41,996 nucleotides of DNA from Asterionella formosa. Lineage: Eukaryota. A model generated the notes under the pieces. It made no database searches and was not told the origin of the DNA. It saw only the letters and a program-made list of their open reading frames with translations. The stretch is taken from the NCBI GenBank assembly GCA_002256025.1, contig NKIB01014621.1, positions 1 to 41,996 of the forward strand. Direction: 5' to 3'. Each line of letters starts with the position of its first letter. Position 1 is the stretch's first letter. A program made the translations under genes and the position numbers. Positions 1 to 10,850 of this stretch are shown in pieces.

Positions 1-388
1 AGATAAAATGGGAGCAAACTAACAGAATTAATGGTAGTCAGAGTGAAGAATATTTGTGAACGGAAATGTTGCGAATTGTCGAGAAAAGTACCGTATTATA
101 GAGATTATTACTGAACAAATTTTTCTTCGTGTCGCCAGAAAATATTGTCAGTTGGCCCCAAAAATTATGTGGGTTTCTAAAATAATTATGGAAGTTGTCG
201 AAACTATTTAAGTTCACTCCGTCCATATATATTGTATGATGCATCATATTTTTTTGTGATGTCATACCCTTAAATTATGTACGTAGCTAAATTCGTCATA
301 TTGGGCCACCCAAATAATTAATTTGGGTGATCATATTTGACTAGCGTTTTTTTTGTGGCGGCTGTACCAGTAATCGGCGTTGTAGATG
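1..388 (-). mobile_element. Terminal part of an unclassified interspersed repeat (probable DNA transposon), continuing off the window; inverted copy of 14001-14389
   Basis: 1-388 is the reverse complement of 14001-14389 with scattered differences. Homology stops sharply at the terminus CATCTACAAC in both copies. Subterminal hairpin cacccaaat-aatta-atttgggtg at 307-329. Abuts and truncates a Copia pol here. Confidence 0.75.
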
Positions 389-1617
389 TACCAATCGACT
401 TCAATGCAGCATGCAGAGCTGCCTTGCTAGTGTGCCCGAATTTGTCATGTGCAACATTGATGTCCATACTTTTCTTAGGTGTAGGCTTAATAGGGTTGCA
501 GGTCGATGGCGCAGCTTCCTTGTTGTTGTCCTCAGTGGACAATGCTGTTTCATTGCCATGCTTTCTAGTACCATGCATATAGTAGAGCACACCATTGGCA
601 TTGCTTCTTGAAAGTTAGTCCATCTTGCTCCCCTTCCTTGCGTAGGGTCATCTTGTCCTTAAGAATACCAACCTCGAAACTCCCATTTTGCACAAACATA
701 CCGACACTTAGTATATTCTTGTGGAAGGTAGGTGTATTTAGGACCTTCTTCAGGAGTAGGACCTTCTGTGTAGCAGTATCAGTGAGGAGGATGTCACCAT
801 GTTTGGTACATAAAATTTCCTCTCCATTGCCAACGATGACTCAAGTCTTGACTGTTTCGATATTTGTCATACCAACATTGCACGTAGTGATATGACTTGT
901 GGCTCCTGTATCCACTAACCATTCTTCAGTCTTGACATCATCACTCGCTCACTCCACAAAATTCGTTATTTTCGATTTTGTTTTTGAACTCATTGTCATT
1001 TGTCATCTTGATGAGTTCGGCGCCTTTTTTCGCAGTTTCTACGTTGTCATTGATCGTAATCGTCACCTCGGCATACATTCCGGTTTCTTTGTCTTTGTCC
1101 TTTTCGTCTTTCTTATTTTTCTCAGGGCAATCTTTTGCAAGCAATGCGTCCAGCATACTTATTACAATTGAAACATTTGACTCCTTTGCCGACGGCTTCA
1201 TCATCTTTTGCTCGTTTCTTGTTCTCACCAGCAGCAGTGTTTGCTTTTGATTGGCATTCCACTGCCTTGTGTCCCTGATTTCCACAGTTGCAACAGTTCC
1301 CTTTAAACTTTCCTCTGACAAACAAAGCCAATTCTTCTTAATCACTTCGCTGTACTCTCCTGGAAGTTGTCAATGATATGCGTGATAACTTTGGCGTCCT
1401 TTTTCTCAAAGTTGATATCAATCTGTATCATCCTGTTCCTGATGTTGTCCAACTTAATGAACCATTCATCAGGGTTTTGTTTTGTATTCTTGAGGTTGCA
1501 CTTGTTGAATTCTCCAGCAAGCTGAATCAAATTCGATGCTTCGTTGGGCTCGTACCTGTCATTAAGGTTCTTCCATCCTAAGAAAGCATTGCCATTGATT
1601 AGGTCCTTCATCTTTGC
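389..1617 (-). pseudogene. Decayed Ty1/Copia gag-protease-pre-integrase fragment
   Basis: Minus strand shows Gag (GNAFLGWKNLNDRYEP...QNPDEWF), zinc knuckles CCNCGNQGHKAVEC and CFNCNKYAG (frameshifted), aspartic protease WLVDTGATSHIT near 890-925 with a downstream in-frame TGA, and GAG-pre-integrase DINVAHDKFGHTS. Several frameshifts. Confidence 0.9.
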
Positions 1618-2210
1618 CATTGTCCTGGACCCCTGTACATTTTTCTCGAGGTGGAACCAAACACCCAATAATTTTCTTGTCATAGACAAAGTAACGTGCA
1701 ATAATTCTTTTTGTCCTCGTAGGCACTAGCATATAATTATTTAGCTACGATTTTGCGATTCTTTTGTACATACAAAACACAAGAGGAGACAGGTAGTGGT
1801 TGTGAGCAGCTGAAGAATCCTTCATGATGTTGTCGCAACCTTGACCATGACGAAAATACGAATTATCTCCACGAAAATAGAGAACGACGCTTTGCTACTT
1901 GCTTCCTGTAATAAGAACAACATGGAAAATACAATCGTAAAAGAAGTAAAGTAATAACACTAATAATGGCAACGAAAATTGAGATCGCCGATAGCAACAT
2001 GAAGTCGCGTTTTTTTGCCAGGTGAAGAACTCTCTCATTTTTCAAATCACGGAAATAATTGTCGTATTAATACATCTTAGAAAAATATGCGCTATCCTGT
2101 AGAACTAAAGAAATTTACTTAGGTCCATTATAAGGCCCCCCCCCCCTTAAGTAAAATCAGTCAAATTCCGTCACGGCACGGCAGTGAACATTGGGGGGTC
2201 CAGGACAATG
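1618..2210. mobile_element. Non-autonomous TIR element (MITE-like, CA...TG termini)
   Basis: Perfect 16-bp inverted repeats cattgtcctggacccc (1618-1633) and ggggtccaggacaatg (2195-2210). Copia Gag similarity ends at the left TIR. No TSD seen. Confidence 0.65.
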
Positions 2211-2477
2211 AAGTATACGGTATGTAGGATGATTCCACGTACAGTACCTGGTAGTCTACCTGGTACCTGGTAGTACAATGTATAAGATTGGGTTGTACAG
2301 GAAACGCACCATGAACTGGTGCTATTACCGGTACCGGTAGTTACATTATTTGCGTGTGGTCACGAATTCTGTTTATATACATGATAATATATCAATATCA
2401 CTTTTAGAAAATATTCATGTTACATGAAATCGGAACACATTTGCAAACTTGATTTCATCGTCACTTTCTCAGTCGTC

Positions 2478-4451
2478 ATGATCATGAAGCTTGTGGTGCT
2501 TCTTTTCAGTCTCCTTGTTACTGCATCCGTTGCTGTGGATGTTTCAGCTTTGGAAGAATTGAAGAAGTGTGAGGAGAAGCCTGGATTCTATTATGGGCCC
2601 GACAGCAAAGGCAACATGACATGTATCAAGGCGTGCGATGAAGTGAAGAACGAGGTGGTTTTGTTTGGACGAACATATCCTTGTAATACAACTACAGAGT
2701 TGTGTTTACCTGCAGGTGCTACGCCAGGAACCATTCCACAATCCATTGTTGGACTCACCAAGTTGACTAGTTTGTGCCTCAGTTACAATAGGCACTTTTC
2801 CAGTGATTATCGTCAACTCACGGGGACCATTCCCAATGAATTGGGTCGATTGACGGAGTTAAATTTTTTGTCCCTCGGTGGTGGAAATGATGGACTCATT
2901 GGGACCATTCCACAATCCATTGTTGGACTCACAAAGTTGACTGTCTTGGACCTCAGCTACAATAAACTCAATGGGACCATCCCCAGTGAGTTGAGTGGTT
3001 TGACCAAGTTGAGTGTATTGGACCTCAGTAACAATAAAATCATGGGGACTATTCCCGGTGCGTTAGGTGGATTGACGAACCTGAATCAATTTTACCTCAG
3101 TGTCAATAAACTTAATGGGACTATTCCCAGTGCGTTGGGTGGATTGACAGAGTTGTCTTCTTTGGGTCTCAGTAACAATAAACTCATGGGGACTATTCCC
3201 GGTTTGTTGGGCAGATTGACGGAGTTGTATTCTTTGCACCTCTATTCAAATGCACTCAATGGGACCATTCCCAGTGTGTTTGGTGGATTGACAAAGTTGA
3301 ATGTATTGGACCTTTACAACAATAAACTCACAGGGACCATTCCCAGTGCGTTTGGTCGATTGACAAATTTTTCTCATTTGAACCTCAATGATAATGAATT
3401 CACAGGGACCATTCCCAGTGCGTTTGGTGGATTGACGAACATAAGTCGATTGGACCTCGGTAACAATAAACTCAATGGGACCATTCCCAGTGAGTTGAGT
3501 GGATTGAGCAAGTTGAATGATTTGCAACTCAGTGATAATGAACTCAATGGGACCATTCCCAGTGCGTTTGGCCGATTGACAAAGTTGTCTAGTTTGCACC
3601 TCAGTAGCAATGAACTCACTGGGACCATTCCCAGTGCGTTTGGTGGATTGATGGAGTTGTTCTTTTTGCTCCTCAGTGACAATGAACTCATTGGGACCAT
3701 TCCAAGTGCGTTAGGTGAATTGACAGAGTTGAAATATTTGCAACTCTGTAACAATAAACTCAATGGGACCATTCCCAGTAAGTTGAGTGAATTGAACAAG
3801 TTGAACACGTTGAACCTCAGTTACAATAAACTCAATGGGACTATTCCCAGTGCGTTGGGTGGATTGACGCAGTTGAATGGATTATACCTTAAATTTAATA
3901 AACTCATGGGGACCATTCCCAGTGAGTTGGGTGGATTGACGGATTTGCATTCTTTGCACCTCAGTAACAATGAACTCAATGGGACCATTCCCAGTGCGTT
4001 TGGTCGATTGACAAATTTTTCAGATTTGAAACTCAATGACAATGAATTCACAGGGACCATTCCCAGTGCGTTTGGTGGATTGTCGATGTTGAAATTTTTG
4101 CTTCTCAGTAACAATAAACTCAATGGGACCATTCCCAGTGAGTTGAGTGGATTGACGGAGTTGAATGATTTGCAACTCAGTAACAATGAACTCAATGGGA
4201 CCATTCCCAGTGCGTTTGGTGGATTGACCGAGTTGTTTCTTTTGCTCCTCAGTAACAATGAACTCACTGGGACCATTCCCAGTGAGTTGGGTGGATTGAC
4301 GGAGTTGGATTATTTGGATCTCAAGTACAATAAACTCACAGGGACCATTCCCACTGCATTGGGTGGATTGACGAAGTTGAGTGTATTGTACCTTGATTAC
4401 AATAATCTCATGGGGACCATTCCCAGTATGTTGGGTGGATTGATGAAGTAG
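2478..4451 (+). CDS. Secreted leucine-rich repeat protein, plant-specific 24-aa LRR type (receptor-like ectodomain, no TM or kinase domain)
   Basis: ORF 2424-4451; likely start ATG 2478 or 2484, before the signal peptide MKLVVLLFSLLVTASVA. Cys-containing N-terminal cap, then 24 GTIP motifs of consensus GTIPSxLGxLTxLxxLxLxxNxLx with a 72-bp period. Stop TAG falls inside repeat 24. Confidence 0.92.
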   Translation: MIMKLVVLLFSLLVTASVAVDVSALEELKKCEEKPGFYYGPDSKGNMTCIKACDEVKNEVVLFGRTYPCNTTTELCLPAGATPGTIPQSIVGLTKLTSLCLSYNRHFSSDYRQLTGTIPNELGRLTELNFLSLGGGNDGLIGTIPQSIVGLTKLTVLDLSYNKLNGTIPSELSGLTKLSVLDLSNNKIMGTIPGALGGLTNLNQFYLSVNKLNGTIPSALGGLTELSSLGLSNNKLMGTIPGLLGRLTELYSLHLYSNALNGTIPSVFGGLTKLNVLDLYNNKLTGTIPSAFGRLTNFSHLNLNDNEFTGTIPSAFGGLTNISRLDLGNNKLNGTIPSELSGLSKLNDLQLSDNELNGTIPSAFGRLTKLSSLHLSSNELTGTIPSAFGGLMELFFLLLSDNELIGTIPSALGELTELKYLQLCNNKLNGTIPSKLSELNKLNTLNLSYNKLNGTIPSALGGLTQLNGLYLKFNKLMGTIPSELGGLTDLHSLHLSNNELNGTIPSAFGRLTNFSDLKLNDNEFTGTIPSAFGGLSMLKFLLLSNNKLNGTIPSELSGLTELNDLQLSNNELNGTIPSAFGGLTELFLLLLSNNELTGTIPSELGGLTELDYLDLKYNKLTGTIPTALGGLTKLSVLYLDYNNLMGTIPSMLGGLMK

Positions 4452-4799
4452 AAGATATTGTGCTCAAGTGAGGTAGAACTTACTACCGGTATACTGAATG
4501 AAGTTGAATTATAGGTATATTTACTTACTTGATATGAAAATATTTAAATTTTGGGATAGGCTCATGTAAACCTTGTAAAAATGGTATCACTAATCCTTGC
4601 TTATAATGTTTTGCATGGTAAAATGCTTATTTCTTTGCCACCACAATAGGACTGTTGTTTGTGTTGCTACCAGTCCTGAAAGTTTTACCCTAGCTAGTAC
4701 CATTCGATCATGTATGCACAAGTTATCTTAAGAACTGTTTGAACCTACAACAATATATCTTTGAATGTTGTGGCAATGAATGTGAAGACAGATGAGCTG

Positions 4800-6154
4800 G
4801 CTACAGCATTCTTGAATAATTACAAAATGGAGGAGGACAGAGGGCCTTGTCTGGCAAACTCAGCCCATTTTCAGGCCTTGCATGCAAGTCTGATTAACAA
4901 TCATAGCACAAGAGTCTACAGCAGAGCCGGTTGGTCAACAAGATCTTGTTGCATAGTAACAAACAGGTATGACAACAACTTTCAAAACAAACATAGTAGA
5001 GTATTAACACAAAACATGAGGAACATCAATTGGGACAACCTCAAAGGAGCATATCTTAAATAAGACAATCAAACACAGGTGTTCACTGCGAAATTTATTC
5101 ACAGATGGCTTCCATGTGGCACAAGATCGAAGATGATCGAACATGGCAAAGATGTATGTCCATACTGCGGCAATCCAGAACAAAACAAACATATACTACT
5201 ATGCCAGAACACAAAGGCACTCTACCAGCACCAGGGCGGTTGACTCACATTTATGACCGCCCAGCTCTGTCGACATCAGGGGGGACAGGTGGCATCTACA
5301 ATCTGGATTGGACTACTGTAGCACATCATGCAGGCGAAGCAGGGGCAGTCAATACCAAAATTCCCTCCAAACACGCCTGATTTCACAAAAAGAAATACTC
5401 CGTGAGGTGGTGGACCACCAACTGGAACTGGGCACCAAGCTCACTCTCCAGGGATATAGGAGCAGGAAATGGTCATATGCATTCAGCCTCACAACAGAAC
5501 AGCAGGGAAATAAATAGGCCAGAACAAGCAATCTTGCAACTCTGGAAAGTCACAGCACATAGCGCCTGGAAAGCAAAGAATGAAGAGCGAACTTCACAGA
5601 GAAAACAAGCCAACATTAGCCAATCGGCACAAAATGAAAGGATCAGATGGATATACATGCTCCAAAGTGAGATATGAAACAACCGAGATAAACACATTTT
5701 TGGCACAGAGCTAGAAATCCTGCTGAAGTCGAGAATGAGAACCAAAAAGCCCGCGCAGGTTTTTGGAAAGAGCCGACTTGTTCATCTTAGGTGCATCGAG
5801 AAAATTCGCAGCAACAGGCCAAACCCTATGTACTCAAAAAAGCGTATTTCCCCTCAACACCCCCTCCAGGGCCAAACAACCAGCACCATGGAAAGATCCA
5901 GCAGCACAAAGAAGAAGAGATCGGAGCACAAGCAACCAAATGCGAACATCCAGGTTACAAAAGTGTGCATACAACCAGCGGCATCTCTATGTACACCAAG
6001 AACAGACCACAGAAAACCATATTTTCAGAAGACTCCTACACAAGGGAGTGACCACCAAAACTTACCATCCAATGCCCAATTTGACTGGGCCATGGAGCGC
6101 AACAAAGAATACAAGGATGGTATAACTGGGGGATGAATGCAAGCTGGCGTCATG
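4800..6154 (+). pseudogene. Decayed non-LTR retrotransposon 3' region (post-RT zinc-finger region)
   Basis: Reading through a stop at about 5017-5240 gives INWDNLKGAYLK*...KFIHRWLPCG...CPYCGNPEQNKHILLC. Further motifs LQGYRSRKW and AWKAKNE resemble those at 13.6-13.8 kb. Boundaries approximate. Confidence 0.7.
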
Positions 6155-6830
6155 GGACACAGAAAATGTTCAAATCTTGGTAGAAGCAATGAACACATAA
6201 GTACTACCACGCCAACGCATTCTCCAAGACCTGCTTCAATAAATTGATTATTGCTGCCTCCTGTTGCTGTCCTGCACATAATGCCACAGTGGAGTACTTG
6301 TTGGATTGATGCAGGACCTGTAGTGATCATTTTGATATAGTATATGATTCTGGCTGAAAAACAGGTATCATACTAGCAATACCTGGCTGGCTGTAGTCTG
6401 TAATAGACATGCTGTACCATGATCATCATACCATATATTGTAATTAGATGGATACTATGCACATGTATGCATCCATGATCCTGTGATACCACATCAAGAA
6501 CTATTTACATCATATGCATGCATCACAAGTACATTTCAATAGTACAGTAGACTACTACTTCTGGTACAGTACCTTACTAGTATGACTTTTATAGTATCAT
6601 GTATAGCAATGATATCATGGCTGGTACCATCCAACATTTGCTGGTGACTGCCTACATTGAACATGTGTAACATAATAATGTGGACATTAATTAGCATTCA
6701 ACCCAATATAGTATGGTATGATTTGTTGGAGGTTTGATGTATGTACTAGTATGTAAACATGAAATGGAGCACCAAAGAAAACCTAGTAGTACAACCAGGT
6801 ACTGTACATAGATCAGCAGGTAGCAGACAG

Positions 6831-7059
6831 GGGGATTGCTTAGTTGGTTGGTTAGCACACACGCCTTCATGGGAGGTGGCAGGCTCCATTTCTGCATTCT
6901 CCATCCACCTGCCTTTCTTTTTCATGTAGTCCCTAGCTTTTTTTGTGGGTGCAGCTAGTAGTAATGAATTAAAGAAATAGGTCCCCTTTTTTGTGGGTGC
7001 AGCTAGTAGTAATGAATTAAAGAAACAGGTCCCCATTGTACCATACAGAAAATTAAAAA
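6831..7059 (+). mobile_element. Diverged copy of tRNA-derived SINE-like element
   Basis: Colinear with the reverse complement of 24205-24442: ggggattgcttagttgg..ttagcacac, ctgcattctcca, ccacctg, T-run+atgtagtccctag, acaggt...ttgtaccatacaga. The 3' end is uncertain. Confidence 0.7.
6939..7034 (+). repeat. 48-bp tandem duplication inside the SINE-like copy
   Basis: ttttttgtgggtgcagctagtagtaatgaattaaagaaa(t/c)aggtcccc twice (6939-6986, 6987-7034), one mismatch. Confidence 0.95.
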
Positions 7060-7867
7060 TGAGGGGAAATATTGTTCACCACAAAGACTTACCCTTGTCA
7101 AACAGACCACATCCACGCTACAGCAAGAAGCAAATGCAATCAAAGAAGGCTATTAGACAGCAGGCTAGCACACACAAGGGACATGACGCCAGCTTGCATT
7201 GATCCAGTTATACCATCCTTGTCTGTGGCATTGATAGCAGTATCTGCCCTTATCTCCTATTGCAAAAGCTTGACAATTGCCAAGACTCCAGAAGAGGCAG
7301 GTGGAACAAAGGCATTCAGTTTGTCCCATTCTTTAAAATTGACATGATGTATTTTTTCTTGTGGCTCCAAAAACTGTGGCTACAAGCATTAATATCACAA
7401 GCTGAAACAGACTGCTGTCTTTTTGCCATGACAGTCATACTATCATGCCAAAGTTTACTTCTTTGCCAAACACACACACACACACCAGTTGCAGTCAAGA
7501 TGAGCAATGCTGTAACCATGATGTTTGCTATCATCATCATCATCATCATTGAGGAAGCAAAATATTATTCCGCCAGTCCCTCTTGGTGACTCAGCCAGCC
7601 AGTGTGAGGAGGAAACGTGCTTGAGGACAAAAAATTACAGTTTTTGGCAAAGTCATCATAATCTTTGCACAACTTGCTTGATGCATACTACAAATACTAC
7701 TACCATGATATAGTACTATGGAAAACTACTAGCTACTAGCTACTAGTCTATGTACTACTACATATGATCATGGTACCCAAGAATGTTTCTTCTTCTTTTC
7801 ATGATGTTTGCATAATGTGACAAGATCACCAAGAATCATAGCTAGTACTAATTCACCAGCAGCATAA

Positions 7868-7936
<69 letters not shown>
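7868..7936 (+). repeat. (TGT)n microsatellite, about 23 units
   Basis: Pure tgt run, read directly. Confidence 0.97.
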
Positions 7937-9719
7937 GAAGCAGTGTTGATGGATCAATAAGAATCATCAATCCTTTGATGATAGGATGAAGTGGCTGGTT
8001 GTGGTGGTGCCCACATGATGGTAATATACCAGGATGGGTACTACTAGTACCAGTAATCAGCTACCACAAGGAGGCAGAGTGACAACAAGGAGGAGTGGCC
8101 CCTGGAGGGGGGGGTACCAACAACATGCAGGCTGACCAGTAGCAGCCGCATCTGTTGCATCATCTGCTGCTTGGGGGAACATCCATCCATCAGTATTGTG
8201 TGTGGTACATATTTATACATTCATATATATATATATAAATATACAGGATAGGCTATGTACTGTATCGCCCTGTCTTTTATAACTACGTCAATATATTTAT
8301 ATATATATATATTCAGACAGTATTGACAGTCCTCCTCTCCTCATGATGATAATAATAATGATGGGAAACGAAAAATTTGACATGTACCGATGATAGTTTT
8401 TACAAAAAAGATGGAAATATCAATGTCTATATATATGTATATGTTGATTTGTTCCAACCCCGTCAAAATTCTATTTTGCCGCCAGGAATGTGTATATACT
8501 ATGTTTATACCGGAAGGTATTATTATTGACAATATGTAGTACACCGACGAGTAAAACAACATCTAATTTTTGGTGTACTGTATGATTATTATGAGAATGT
8601 ACTTGTCGTTGCTGTATGTACTTCAACTACTAAAGGTAGACACACGACTACCGGTAGGTCTACTCCCTTCTTTTATTTTTTTAAAGGTTGAGTGAGTACT
8701 GTACATACTTTGTATAAAACTACATACGTGAATTTAGTAGGAACGTATGTATGTATGTATGTAGGTAGATAGAGGTAAAAGAATCCATGTTGTCGGGACT
8801 ACATTTGGTTTCGGCGATATAGTATAAATACATTGAATATATATATATACATATGCATGGGGATAGTAAGTGCTGGCATTTCTTGCTGCCTGTGCTCGTG
8901 TTCCGTGGTCAAATCTACCGGTACTGACATGGGTGGGTGGGTTGTGTGCAATATGTATTACTTTGTACCACTACTCTATATATACCTATCTTGTCTCTGG
9001 TCCATGTTCGTACATATGCGGTATATGCAGTACCAGTATCACATCTTCGTATGTATACCGCGTGTTGGTACAATACAATACACAGTTCATACTGTACATT
9101 GTACTAGTATGTAGGTAGATAGGTACGACGGTACGTAGCCGTCATCGCTCAGTACATATAATATATAGAGCTTTACATACCGGTATATATAATAGAATAA
9201 TAGAAGCAAGCAAATCGCACCCTCACACTCACGCACACACACACATTGGTTAAAAAAGAAAAAGCGAGTGGATTCGTTGACGTTCATTGCAGTTGATTGT
9301 ACTTGTACAGTTGCTGTTGTTTGTTGAATTGCTGCTGTCCATCATCGTTGCAGTTATCCATTCATCCATTCATCCATCCATTCATTCATCTATTATGCAG
9401 TCTAGCATATCGGTGCGTTTCATTGTCATTGTTCATTGTTGTTGTTGTTGTTATTTTTGCAACGACGACGACGTTTTGCTGCTGCGGCTGCTGTTATACT
9501 ATAAATATATATGAATGAACATATATACATGCATGCATATATATATGGAATAGAAGATTCTTCGAGGGACTGTACAAATCTACGTAGTTGTAGTACTGCC
9601 GCACAAATGACTCTCCCGTTCCTTGTCGTGTCGTTGAGGGTCGTTGTTGATTGGGATTCCTGTACCCTCCTAGTCTCATTCTCTCTTACACTCTCATACT
9701 CATTCTCTCATGGATTCAG

Positions 9720-10850
9720 AAATACCGCATTACAAAGCGTGTCGGTGGAGGATCCTTTGGAGATATCTATCTTGGCGTTGGAGCCAATGGAGAAAAGGTG
9801 AGTCTGTTGTTACTTGTCTGTTGTCTCTCGTTGTTACTTGTCGTTGTCTCTCTTTGTCGTCTCTCGTTGTTTGTCGTCTCTCGTTGTTTGTTGTCTCTCT
9901 TTGTTGCATTCTCACCAACTACCAACTAACATTCACCAACCTCACCAACTACCAACATTCACCACCATTCTCAGGTCGCTGTCAAGTTTGAAAAGCACGG
10001 AGCCCGTTGTCCTCAGCTCCGCCACGAATACAAGGTCTACCGCGAACTACAAAATGCGCCCGGCTTTGCCAAGGTCCATTACTTTGGAACACAAGATTCC
10101 TACAACCTCATGGTCATGGACTTGCTAGGCCCCTCGTTGGAAGATCAGTTCAACAAATGTGGACGACGATTCTCCCTCAAGACTGTCCTTATGATTGCTG
10201 ACCAAATGTTGGAGCGTGTTGAACTCATGCACTCGCGTCATTTGATTCATCGAGACATTAAACCTGCCAACTTTGTCACGGATGGAGGACGAGGAAATGG
10301 AAACTTTATCTACTGCATTGACTTTGGTCTCTCCAAACGATACCGCCATCCAAGGACATTGCAGCATATTCCGCAGAGAGAAGGACGGTCCCTCACGGGA
10401 ACACCCAGATATGCGTCCATTAACAACCATTTGGGAGTGGAACAGTCGAGACGTGATGACCTTGAGTCCATTGGATATGTCCTGGTCTACTTTCTCAAGG
10501 GCGGCTTGCCTTGGCAAGGACTCAAGGCAAAGTCCGCCACCAAAAAATACAAGCTCATTATGGAAAAGAAACAGTCCATTACCATTCCGGCCCTTTGTCA
10601 AGGATGTCCTAGTCAATTTGCTGAATACTTGGCATATTGCCGTAGTCTCAAATTTGAAGCTAAACCGAATATTGCCTACTTGAGAGGCATGTTTCGAGAC
10701 TTGTTCCGATCCCAGGGTTATACCAACAACCACTCCAGCTTGGATTGGGATTGGAACAGATTGGATAGTGCTCCTGGAGCACCTGCCGGTGGTGTGGCTG
10801 GGGAACCTCTTGGAAATGGCATGATGGAGGGAGATGCTCGTTATCGTTGA
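9720..10850 (+). CDS. CK1: Casein kinase I, spliced: exons 9720-9797 and 9975-10850; N-terminal exon(s) upstream unresolved
   Basis: KYRITKRVGGGSFGDIYLGVGANGEK joins in frame to VAVKFE...QLRHEYKVY. Then LLGPSLED, HRDIKPANF, DFGLSK, GTPRYASIN, EQSRRDDLES and LPWQGL, all CK1 signature motifs. Confidence 0.95.
9798..9974 (+). other. Spliceosomal intron of CK1 (GTGAGT...CTAAC...CAG, phase 0)
   Basis: Donor aag|gtgagt, branch-like ctaac near 9926, acceptor ctcag|gtc. Removal restores the kinase reading frame. Confidence 0.93.

Noticed and set aside
3246..4276. Antisense ORFs over the LRR gene
   Set aside because: Shadow frames of the repetitive sense CDS.
2725..4451. Regular 72-bp repeat with variable intervals resembling a CRISPR array
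   Set aside because: It is an in-frame coding LRR repeat in a eukaryotic context, with no cas genes.
8200..9390. Short ORFs in the TA-rich region upstream of CK1
   Set aside because: Low-complexity intergenic or UTR sequence with no protein motifs.
9710..9991. ORF starting at ATG 9710 as the CK1 start
   Set aside because: Wrong frame relative to KYRITKRVGGGSFG, and it runs through the intron.
10125..10733. 202-aa antisense ORF
   Set aside because: Shadow of the conserved CK1 exon.
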